From an uncultured Gemmatimonadales bacterium (GTDB lineage Bacteria; Gemmatimonadota; Gemmatimonadetes; Longimicrobiales; RSA9): DNA of 64,000 bases. The translations under genes and the position numbers were made by a program. The notes under the pieces are model-generated. The model was not told where the DNA came from and did not search any database. It saw nothing but the letters and a program-made list of their open reading frames with translations. The DNA lies in assembly GCA_963798085.1 (NCBI GenBank), contig CAWCRS010000003.1:896001-960000 (forward strand), written 5' to 3'. Of the stretch, positions 20,327-29,233 are shown in pieces. Within the stretch, counting starts at the first letter, position 1. Every line of letters begins with the position of its first letter.

Positions 20327-21112
20327 CTACTTGGAACCCCGACGTGTCCAGACGAGGATGACGCCGCAATCCGTCCGACTCTTGTACTGGATGGGGATGT
20401 TGGCGCCGACGTAGATCTCCATGCCTTCCATGGTGGCGGGGCGGACGACGTCGAAGTTGGTGTTATCACCGGACACGCCATCGATGTAGAGCATGGGCGT
20501 GCAGCCCTGGTTGCGATTGATGAAGACGCGGCGGACGCCGGCGCCGCCGTAGTCGATCTTGATGCCGGGCTGATCATAGAGCAGGTCGGTCAGCTCCTGC
20601 GGGTTCTTGTGTTCGATGTAGGCGCGGTCCATGAAGCGTGCCTGTCTGCCGTACTCGGTGCGCCGGTCGTAGAAGCCAACCGACTGGAGCTTGGCGGAGC
20701 GCACGGTCACTTCAATGGGTGGCAGCTCGAGGGGTTTGGTGGAGAGCTGCACCTCGGTTTCCTGCAGTTCGCGCGGCTGGATGCGCACAGGCGCGGAGCG
20801 ACTCTCGTAGCCGATCAGCTCGACCTCGAGCAGCTGCAGGCCCGAGGGCACATCCTTGAGCGAGAACTCGCCGTTGTTGTCCGTGATGGCATTGAGTTGC
20901 GTGTCCTTGATGGAAACGCGCGCACCGGCGAGTGGTTTCTTCGCGTTGTGGTCGACCACAGTGCCGATCAGCTGGCCGGGCGGGTCCTGCGCGCGCGCGG
21001 GCATGGCGAGGCAGAAAAAGGCGAGTGGGCCCAGGATGATTCGGGCGACGCGGCCGGCGTGGGCGGTGTGGGCGGTGTGGGCGGTGTGGGCGACGAACGT
21101 TCGCGAGTGCAT
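20327..21112 (-). CDS. Secreted protein with carboxypeptidase-regulatory-like domain and TonB plug-like domain
   Basis: Signal peptide, PLAGARV..TDNNGEF, IGY, GFYDRR, CGVILVWTR; AHT x3 microsatellite in the leader. Confidence 0.75.
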   Translation of the reverse strand: MHSRTFVAHTAHTAHTAHAGRVARIILGPLAFFCLAMPARAQDPPGQLIGTVVDHNAKKPLAGARVSIKDTQLNAITDNNGEFSLKDVPSGLQLLEVELIGYESRSAPVRIQPRELQETEVQLSTKPLELPPIEVTVRSAKLQSVGFYDRRTEYGRQARFMDRAYIEHKNPQELTDLLYDQPGIKIDYGGAGVRRVFINRNQGCTPMLYIDGVSGDNTNFDVVRPATMEGMEIYVGANIPIQYKSRTDCGVILVWTRRGSK

Positions 21113-21577
21113 TGGGAAACCTCCAGCAGCTTCGAGCAGATCGGATTCGGTGCAATGTACACCCCGCGGGGCGGGCATGGTTCGCGGGGCTGCGAGCTTC
21201 CGTTGGTGCGGCGGGTGTCAGATAGCCCTGCGTAAGGACCGGCCCGGTGCTTCGCAACCCTTTAGCCCAGCGTCAGGAAAGGCCCACTGCTCATGACCTG
21301 CCGGTGTCGTGGTAGTTGCGGCGCCCGAGGCTCGCTGGTCACTCATGCTCTGGCAATCTGGAGGCATGGCCGGGGGGCCCCTGAGCCCGTGGGAAAAGTG
21401 TGGCTGCGAAGCCGTGCCGATGGGGGCTGAGCTACGTCTGGCTCACGGCGTGACTGCGCCTCCTCGAGCGCGTGGCCATATCTCATTGCACGACATACGT
21501 CTCGGCTGGCGGTGCGGCACGCTGGAGGAACGGTGGCGCTGGCGAGGCCAGGCCGAGCGAAAGCCTGCGCCTGCGCG

Positions 21578-21853
21578 CTACGCCTCGACTGACGACGGCG
21601 GATCGAGAAGTGCCTCCAGGCGGAGGCGGATCCGGTTCAGCGTGCGACGCGCTTCGAGATCGGTGGGGAGGAGATCCCAGGCCTGACTGGCCTGCTCCCG
21701 GACCCAGATCAGCTCTTCCCGAATGGTCTGCACCTCCCGAAGCAGACCCTGCACATCGACCACGACATGCCCCTTCTGCGTCAACTCGGTGACGGAGGCG
21801 AGGCCACGACGGGTGTCTACGTTCTGCGGCATTACGAGAATCCTGCGCGTCAT
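21578..21853 (-). CDS. Hypothetical helical protein
   Basis: Coiled-coil-like composition (LLREVQTIREEL...RIRLRLEALL); start uncertain. Confidence 0.45.
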   Translation of the reverse strand: MTRRILVMPQNVDTRRGLASVTELTQKGHVVVDVQGLLREVQTIREELIWVREQASQAWDLLPTDLEARRTLNRIRLRLEALLDPPSSVEA

Positions 21854-22142
21854 TGGCGGCCAACCTGTCACGGTTTTCTTGTCCGGGGGTCTAACGACAA
21901 TGTTAGAGGCCCTGCTCAATTCCGAGTCTCGCGCGGGGCGGGTCCGTTTGTGTCGGGGATTCCTCGCCAGATCTGTGAGGCATCGCACCAGAGCGGCCGG
22001 GGGACGACACCGGCTGGCGTTGGCGCACGCCCGTGCGGGGCTGCTGCGAAGCATCGCGGCGACCATCCGGCGGCACTGCGTTGTTCAGGGTCCCGCGGGC
22101 GCTCGCTGGCACCACGCGGTTGGCCGACTGCCGCGCCGCGCT

Positions 22143-23285
22143 TCAGGCGGCGTCGACCAGCTGACGAACCAGGTCCGCGTTGGTATCCGTGCGCTTCATG
22201 CGCGTGAGCAGGATGTTCATGGCATCGTGCGCGGGCAGCCCTGACAATTCGCGGCGCAACGCGTGCGAGGCGCGCAGCATGCCTTCATTCAGCAGCAGCT
22301 CCTCGCGGCGAGTGGCGCTGGCGTTGAGGTCGATGGCCGGGAAGATGCGACGGTCCGCCAGCTCGCGGCTCAGCACCAGCTCGCTGTTGCCCGTGCCCTT
22401 GAACTCCTCGAAGATCACGTCATCCATGCGCGAGCCCGTGTCGACCAGCGCGGTGGCGATGATGGTGAGCGCGCCGCCGCCCTGCGTCGGATCAATGTTG
22501 CGCGCACTGCCCAGAAAGCGCTTCGGCTTCTCCAGTGAATTCGCGTCCAGTCCGCCGGTCAGCGTCTTGCCACTGCCACGCTCGACCGTGTTGTAGGCGC
22601 GGGCAAGGCGGGTGATGGAGTCGAGGATCACGACCACATCGCGACCCATCTCGACGCGGCGGCGCGCGCGCTCGAGCGTGATCTCGGCGACCGCGACGTG
22701 ACGCTCGGCCGGATGGTCGAAGCTGGATGCGATGACTTCACCGAATCCGCACATCTCCATCTCGGTCACTTCTTCCGGACGCTCATCCACGAGCAGAATG
22801 AAGAGCGCGCAGTCCGGGTAGTTTTTCACCACGCCTTCCGCGACCGACTGCAGCACCGTGGTCTTACCGGCCTTGGAAGGCGAGACGATCATGGCGCGCT
22901 GGCCGCGGCCGAACGGGCACAGCAGATCGATCACGCGATTCGTGAAGTCAGGCTGGTTGCGACGCTTGATGCCGCATTCGAGCACGATCTGCTGATTGGG
23001 GTGCTGCGCGCTGAGGCGATTGAAGTCGGGGCGGCGGCCGATCTGCTCGGGCGGCAGCCCGTTGAGCAGATCCACGCTGGTGAGGGGTGGATTCTTGCCG
23101 CGTCCCGGCGATGGACCCGCTTCGCCTTGCAATTCGTCACCGGCACGCAGGCCGTAACGCTGAACAATGCGGGGCGGCACATACACATCGCCATCCATGG
23201 GCAGGTAACTCGCCTCACGTGAGCGCAGGAACCCCGCGCCACCCGACGTAAGGTCGAGCACGCCGAATGCAGGTCGGCTACTCAA
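22143..23285 (-). CDS. rho: Transcription termination factor Rho (short form)
   Basis: GFLR, DVYV, GRGQRAMIVSPSKAGKT, DERPEEVT, LDSITRLARAYN, FEEFKGTGN. Confidence 0.95.
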   Translation of the reverse strand: MSSRPAFGVLDLTSGGAGFLRSREASYLPMDGDVYVPPRIVQRYGLRAGDELQGEAGPSPGRGKNPPLTSVDLLNGLPPEQIGRRPDFNRLSAQHPNQQIVLECGIKRRNQPDFTNRVIDLLCPFGRGQRAMIVSPSKAGKTTVLQSVAEGVVKNYPDCALFILLVDERPEEVTEMEMCGFGEVIASSFDHPAERHVAVAEITLERARRRVEMGRDVVVILDSITRLARAYNTVERGSGKTLTGGLDANSLEKPKRFLGSARNIDPTQGGGALTIIATALVDTGSRMDDVIFEEFKGTGNSELVLSRELADRRIFPAIDLNASATRREELLLNEGMLRASHALRRELSGLPAHDAMNILLTRMKRTDTNADLVRQLVDAA

Positions 23286-24125
23286 TCCGTTTTCTTCCGA
23301 TTCTGTTCTACGGGATCACTCGCGATGCGCACGTACTCACACGCGTGCACCGCACCAGCATCATGCGGGGTGCAAACCGAGGGCCGCTGTCGTAACACGC
23401 ATCAGAACACGAATGTTCCACCGCTGCGCGTGCTGCGCGGTGACACCCGGCACTGCAACGCGGGTGTACCAGCATTTGCGTTGCAGGCATCCGTAAGTCT
23501 TCGGAGAACGCGCAGTTCGAGCATCGCGCGAGCATGTGTGCACGTTTTGTGAACCGGCTCTACCGTCCCGGTTTCCGCGCGCCTCACACCAAGCACGAAC
23601 CGTCTGCGTATCCATCCTTGAGCGCATCCGTCCGCAATGCGACCTTCCTGCGCGACGGGCCTCACGGTTCGTCACCCCTCGCCGCCGCAGCCTCTTGCGC
23701 ACGTTGGACCCCCAGGCTGCGGCGGCACCCCTCCTCTTCGCGACCGTCCGCACACTCGTGTTTCCGATCGGGTCGCGCTCTCTGCTGAAAAGCGTTGCTG
23801 GTTTCTGGGGCTGGGGCTGGTTGCTGGGGTAACGGATCCTGCTGCTGATCCGCACCCGGTTGCCCAACACCGCATGCTGCTCGGCGGGACTGCTGCTGGG
23901 CTGACCCAGAAACGTTGCGAGTCAAGGCGGGTTGGGCTGCGAACAGCCGTGTTCCACGCTGGCCCGCGTGACCGGGAAAGCGGCCGGATCGTTGGATTCC
24001 GGAACCGTCATTCCCGCGTCACAACCCATCTGACGAACGAGGGTCCCGAAACGTTGGGTTGCTCCGGGCGAGGTGATCGGGTAGCGGGGGAACAGGCGCC
24101 AGCCGGGTGCAGCCGTCGACGCGGG

Positions 24126-27011
24126 TCAGCCCACTTGTGCGTACTCCTCGATGGGCGGGCAGGAGCACATGAGGTTGCGATCGCCGGCGGCGTTGTCGAC
24201 GAGGCCGACGGCGGGCCAGAACTTGTGCTCGCGGGTCCAGGGCGCGGGGAAGGCTGCGCGCTCGCGGGAGTAGGGGCGGTCCCAGTCGTCCGATATCACG
24301 GTATCCGCGGTGTGGGGCGCGTTCTTGAGCGCGTTGTTGCGGCGGTCGGCCACGCCGATCTCGATCTCGCGGATCTCCTCGCGGATGCCGATCAGCGCAT
24401 CACAGAAGCGGTCCAGCTCGGCCTTCGACTCGCTCTCCGTGGGCTCGATCATGAGCGTACCGGCCACGGGGAAGGAGACCGTGGGTGCATGGAAGCCATA
24501 GTCCATGAGGCGCTTGGCGATGTCGACGGCCTCGACGCCCGCGCTGTTCTTGAGGGCGCGCGGGTCGATGATGCACTCGTGTGCGACGGTGCCATCGCGG
24601 CCGGCGTAGAGCACGGGGTACTGCGCGGCGAGGCGGTGGGCGACGTAATTCGCGTTGAGGATCGCGACCTTCGTGGCCAGCGCGAGGCCATCGGAGCCCA
24701 TCATGCGGATGTAGGCCCAGGAGATGGGCAGGATGCTGGGGCTGCCCCAGGGCGCGGAGGCGACCGCGCCAATGGCCTGCGCGCCGCCTGTGGGAATCAC
24801 GGGATGGCCGGGCAGGAAGGGCGCGAGGGCCGCGGTCACGCCGATCGGACCCATGCCCGGGCCGCCGCCGCCGTGGGGAATGCAGAAGGTCTTGTGCAGG
24901 TTGAGGTGGCAGACGTCGGCGCCGATGTCGCCGGGGCGGCAGAGGCCCACCATGGCGTTCATGTTGGCGCCATCCATGTAGACCAGGCCGCCGTGCTCGT
25001 GCACGATGGCGCAAATGGTGCGAATGCCCTCCTCGAAGATGCCGTGCGTCGAGGGATACGTGACCATGAGCGCTGCCAGCGAGCCCGCGTGCTCGGCCGC
25101 CTTGGCGCGCAGGTCGTCAATGTCGATGTTGCCGTGATCGTCGGAGCGTACGACGACGACGCGCAAACCCGCCATTACCGCGCTCGCCGGATTGGTACCG
25201 TGCGCGGACTGCGGGATGAGGCACACGTCGCGGTGCGCTTCGCCCCTTGCTTCGTGGTACGCGCGGATCACGAGCAGGCCGGTGAACTCGCCCTGTGAGC
25301 CCGCGTTAGGCTGGAGTGACACGGCGTTGAAGCCGGTGATGTCCGCGAGCCAGCCTTCGAGCTGCTGGAAGAGCTGCGTGTAGCCGGCGGCCTGCGCCGT
25401 AGGCGCGAAGGGGTGCAGCCTGGAGAAGCCCGCGTACGTGATGGGCAGCATCTCGGCGGCCGCATTCAGCTTCATGGTGCAGGAGCCGAGCGGGATCATC
25501 GAGGTGGTGAGCGAGAGATCGCGCGACTCGAGCCGCTGGATATAACGCAGCATTTCGGTCTCCGACCGGTAGCGGTGGAAGACCGGGTGCGTCATGAAGT
25601 CAGAGGCTCGACGGAAAGCCGGATCGACATCGTCGCCTGCATCCTGGATGAGGCGCGCGACATCCGGCTGCTTGCCGCCTGCGGGCTGGAACGCGGCCAG
25701 CACGTCCGCCAGGTCCTGCTCGCTGACGGTTTCGTCGAAAGCCACGGACAGAGAGTCGTCGCCCAGGGAACGGAGGTTGATGCGACGACGCTCGGCCGCC
25801 GCGATCACCGCGTGCTTCGCCTGCGCACCGCCCGCCACCTTCACGGCGACCGTGTCGAAGAAAGGCGAGGCGCCGGGCGAGTGGCCCTGCTCGCGCAGCC
25901 CTGCGGCCAGCGCGCGTGCCAGCTGGTGCACGCGACGGGCAATGCGCGTGAGGCCGTCCGGCCCGTGATAGACGGCGTAGAAGCTGGCGACCACGGCCAG
26001 CAGCACCTGCGCCGTGCAGACGTTGCTGGTGGCCTTCTCACGGCGGATGTGCTGTTCGCGCGTCTGCAGCGCCATGCGCAGGGCAGGCTTGCCGCGCGAG
26101 TCGTGCGACACGCCGATGATGCGGCCGGGGATCTGGCGCTTGTAGTCGTCACGCGTGGAGAAGAAGGCGGCGTGCGGGCCGCCGTAGCCGAGCGGCACAC
26201 CAAAGCGCTGCGAGTTGCCGACGACGGCGTCCGCGCCCCATTCGCCGGGCGGCGTCAGCAGTGTCAGCGCGAGCAGGTCCGACGCGACCGTGACCAGGCC
26301 GCCGGCGGCGTGCACGAGGTCGACGAAACCGCGATAGTCGTGCACCGAGCCATCGGTTGCGGGATACTGGATGAGCGCGCCGAACACGCGCGCGTCCGGC
26401 TGGTAGCTGCGATGGTCGCCCACCACCACGGTCCAGCCCCTCGCCTTCGCGCGCGTGCGCACGACATTGATCGTCTGCGGATGACACAGCTGGGAGACGA
26501 AGAAGGTGTCACGCGCATCGTCGCCTTTCACCGCATGGCACATGGAGAGCGCCTCGGCGGCGGCGGTGCCCTCGTCCAGTAACGAAGCGTTAGCCACGGG
26601 CAGTCCGGTCAGGTCGATGACGGCGGTCTGGAAGTTGAGCAGCGCCTCGAGCCGGCCCTGCGCGATCTCCGCCTGGTAGGGCGTGTAGGCGGTGTACCAG
26701 CCGGGGTTCTCGATGATCTTCCGCAGAATGACGGGCGGCGTGATGGTGTCGTGGTAGCCGAGCCCGAGGTAGGAGCGGAAGACCTGGTTGCGACCGGCGA
26801 GGTCGGACAGCTCGCGCAGCGCCTCGTACTCGCTCACGGCCTCGCCCACGGCGAGGCGGCCGCGGTAGCGGATGGTCTCGGGGATGGTGGTGTCGATGAG
26901 CGCGTCCAGCGAGTCGTAGCCGAGCGCGTCCAGCATTTCCCGGGTCTCGGTCTCACCCGGACCGATGTGGCGGCGTACGAACGGGTGGGCCGAGGCGGGC
27001 GACGTGTTCAT
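24126..27011 (-). CDS. gcvP: Glycine dehydrogenase (decarboxylating), single-chain P protein
   Basis: [43 protein letters not shown] motif. Confidence 0.98.
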   Translation of the reverse strand: MNTSPASAHPFVRRHIGPGETETREMLDALGYDSLDALIDTTIPETIRYRGRLAVGEAVSEYEALRELSDLAGRNQVFRSYLGLGYHDTITPPVILRKIIENPGWYTAYTPYQAEIAQGRLEALLNFQTAVIDLTGLPVANASLLDEGTAAAEALSMCHAVKGDDARDTFFVSQLCHPQTINVVRTRAKARGWTVVVGDHRSYQPDARVFGALIQYPATDGSVHDYRGFVDLVHAAGGLVTVASDLLALTLLTPPGEWGADAVVGNSQRFGVPLGYGGPHAAFFSTRDDYKRQIPGRIIGVSHDSRGKPALRMALQTREQHIRREKATSNVCTAQVLLAVVASFYAVYHGPDGLTRIARRVHQLARALAAGLREQGHSPGASPFFDTVAVKVAGGAQAKHAVIAAAERRRINLRSLGDDSLSVAFDETVSEQDLADVLAAFQPAGGKQPDVARLIQDAGDDVDPAFRRASDFMTHPVFHRYRSETEMLRYIQRLESRDLSLTTSMIPLGSCTMKLNAAAEMLPITYAGFSRLHPFAPTAQAAGYTQLFQQLEGWLADITGFNAVSLQPNAGSQGEFTGLLVIRAYHEARGEAHRDVCLIPQSAHGTNPASAVMAGLRVVVVRSDDHGNIDIDDLRAKAAEHAGSLAALMVTYPSTHGIFEEGIRTICAIVHEHGGLVYMDGANMNAMVGLCRPGDIGADVCHLNLHKTFCIPHGGGGPGMGPIGVTAALAPFLPGHPVIPTGGAQAIGAVASAPWGSPSILPISWAYIRMMGSDGLALATKVAILNANYVAHRLAAQYPVLYAGRDGTVAHECIIDPRALKNSAGVEAVDIAKRLMDYGFHAPTVSFPVAGTLMIEPTESESKAELDRFCDALIGIREEIREIEIGVADRRNNALKNAPHTADTVISDDWDRPYSRERAAFPAPWTREHKFWPAVGLVDNAAGDRNLMCSCPPIEEYAQVG

Positions 27012-27361
27012 CACGATTCTTCCGGTGCCGGTTTTCAGGGCCCGGGCCTGCCAACAGAGGCGGGCCTTCAGCGGCGGCGCACGATCTGTGGGCGGGCTGG
27101 GCCGCAGTGAGAGCGCAGTGAAACGGCATAAACCTATTGCGCGCGTCAAGCGGATTGAACGGGCGCAGCCGAATGCGCATCGGCTCATCGCACGCGATCC
27201 GACCTGCGGAACGTAACTCCGGCAGCTCGCCCGCGTCTGATATCCGGCTCATGCGGCTGCCGGCATGCTCCAATCCGTCACGTGGGCGGGCCGGGTATCA
27301 CACTTGTCGGCGCGGGGTGCTGCTCCGAAGTTGCCATCACCGTAAGGAGGTCGCCGTACCC

Positions 27362-29134
27362 ATGCAGTGGGCCGCTATTGCGGCGTTCGCCATTCTGGTC
27401 GCGTTCCTCGTGGGCCATCGGCTGCGGCATCGTCGCGGTGGCAGAGTCGTACGCCAGGGCGAGGCCGGGACAGGCGCCGGGGCGGCGGGAGCCGGGCCGG
27501 ACGGCGAGGTGAGCGCGCCGCCGGAGGAGCGCACGGCATCGGTTCCCGTGGTCCGGTCCAGGCCTGCCGCAGCGCCGACGGCGGCGATCGCGACAATGGC
27601 CGGACCTGATCCGCGCGCCGAGGATGTGCGGTTCACGGTCTATCGGCCGGCCGCGGTTCAGCCGGAGCGGTGGAGTCCGCTGCTGGTATTCGCGCATCGC
27701 ACGGACACGCCCCCTGATGCGCCGCCGGGTACGCCTTCACCGGCGGAGCAGGTGCGCGACGAGGCGGAGCGCGTCCTCGGAGCGAAAGCCCGGTCCTACG
27801 CCCGGCTGTCCGAGGACAGCGCGTCGCCGATCCTGAGCGGCTCCCGGCTGCTGTTCCTGCCGCACATGAACGGCGTCGAGTTCAACCCGCCGCACGCGTC
27901 GGTCGACTGGAACGATGACGTGCAGATGGTCTACTTCCAGCTCCGCGCTGATGCCGCACTCGAAGGAACGAAGGCACGCGGCAGCCTGTCGGTCTACTGC
28001 GGGCCGCTGCTGCTCGCGGAGATGGCGCTCGTGCTGCGAGTCAGCGCGACCGCCGATGCCGAAGCGCAGAGTGACGTGGGCGAGAGCGTGGCGCCGTATC
28101 GGAAAGTGTTCGCGTCGTACTCGCACCGTGACGAATCCATCGTCCGGCAAATGGAGACGTATGCCAGTGCTTTCGGCGATGAGTACCTGCGCGATGTCAC
28201 CAAACTGCGCGCGGGCGAGGCGTGGAATGCGCGTATTGCCGGGCTGATCGAGGAAGCCGACGTGTTCCAGCTGTTCTGGTCGTGGAACGCGATCGAATCG
28301 GAGTACGTACGGCGCGAGATCGAGCACGCCATCGGCCTCGGCCGGCCGCACTTCATCCGCCCGGTCTTCTGGGAAGATCCGCTGCCCTCAGCGCCGGACC
28401 GCGACCTGCCGCCGCCGCGGCTGAGTGTACTCCACTTCCAGCGTCTCCCGATCACGGGCGGCGGGCCCGCGAGCACGGGGGCCACAGCACAGAATCCAGG
28501 CGAGGCGGTGGCGGGCCGGGCCGGTCGACGGCGGCTGCTGCCGAACGTCGCGGTGATAATGGTCGCCCTCGCGGGTGTGGCGATCATCGGGCGCATGAGC
28601 CCGGGATTGCTCCCGCGTGCAGGCGACCACGGCACGCCAGTCGAGGTGCGGCCCGCAGCGGATTCCGCTTCCACAACACAGGCGCAGCCGTCGTCTGGAC
28701 GGGGAAGACCATCGAGACCGCCGGACCCGCGGATGCCGGACACGGACCCCCCGCCCCAGCCTTCCGATATGAAACCTCCGGCGCAAATGCAGGGCGACCC
28801 GCTTTCGCGCGACGCGATCCGATCGGCGATCGTCGCGTTCGTCGCGGCACTGAATGCGCGGGACATGGCGCGCGTCGCGCCCGTGATGTCATCCGAGATG
28901 CGGCCGCATTGGCGCGATCTGCTCACCGACCACTCGGCCGTCACGGATTTCAGCGCCACGCTGGGGCCGGTCGACGAACCCACCCTTCGAGGCGACAGCG
29001 GCATGGTGTCGTTCTCAATGCGCGTCAGAATCGTCTCCCGCGGCGGCGACACGCTGCGCCAGACCCTGCGCTTTACCGGCCACGTGGAGCGCGACGTCAC
29101 GGGCTGGAAGCTGCGGTCGCTGGTCAGCCACTAA
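27362..29134 (+). CDS. Membrane-anchored TIR-domain protein with C-terminal NTF2/SnoaL-like domain
   Basis: N-terminal TM; KVFASYSHRD...ADVFQLFWS...SEYVRREIEHA TIR motifs; second TM; Pro linker; AIVAFVAALNARD helix followed by beta strands. Confidence 0.75.
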   Translation: MQWAAIAAFAILVAFLVGHRLRHRRGGRVVRQGEAGTGAGAAGAGPDGEVSAPPEERTASVPVVRSRPAAAPTAAIATMAGPDPRAEDVRFTVYRPAAVQPERWSPLLVFAHRTDTPPDAPPGTPSPAEQVRDEAERVLGAKARSYARLSEDSASPILSGSRLLFLPHMNGVEFNPPHASVDWNDDVQMVYFQLRADAALEGTKARGSLSVYCGPLLLAEMALVLRVSATADAEAQSDVGESVAPYRKVFASYSHRDESIVRQMETYASAFGDEYLRDVTKLRAGEAWNARIAGLIEEADVFQLFWSWNAIESEYVRREIEHAIGLGRPHFIRPVFWEDPLPSAPDRDLPPPRLSVLHFQRLPITGGGPASTGATAQNPGEAVAGRAGRRRLLPNVAVIMVALAGVAIIGRMSPGLLPRAGDHGTPVEVRPAADSASTTQAQPSSGRGRPSRPPDPRMPDTDPPPQPSDMKPPAQMQGDPLSRDAIRSAIVAFVAALNARDMARVAPVMSSEMRPHWRDLLTDHSAVTDFSATLGPVDEPTLRGDSGMVSFSMRVRIVSRGGDTLRQTLRFTGHVERDVTGWKLRSLVSH

Positions 29135-29233
29135 CAGCGCATTCGCGCTCGCAGGGAAGGCGTCCATCCTGCCGGGCATTGGAGCAGCAGCCGGCTTCGA
29201 AGGCGAGTGCGGCAGGGACCGCTGTGTGGTCGG

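Noticed and set aside
21200..21430. Structured ncRNA in this intergenic region
   Set aside because: No recognisable family motif by eye; would need an Infernal search
27020..27130. Glycine riboswitch upstream of gcvP
   Set aside because: Only a loose CGCTGAAGG resemblance; the GGAGA and CTCTCAGG core elements are not found
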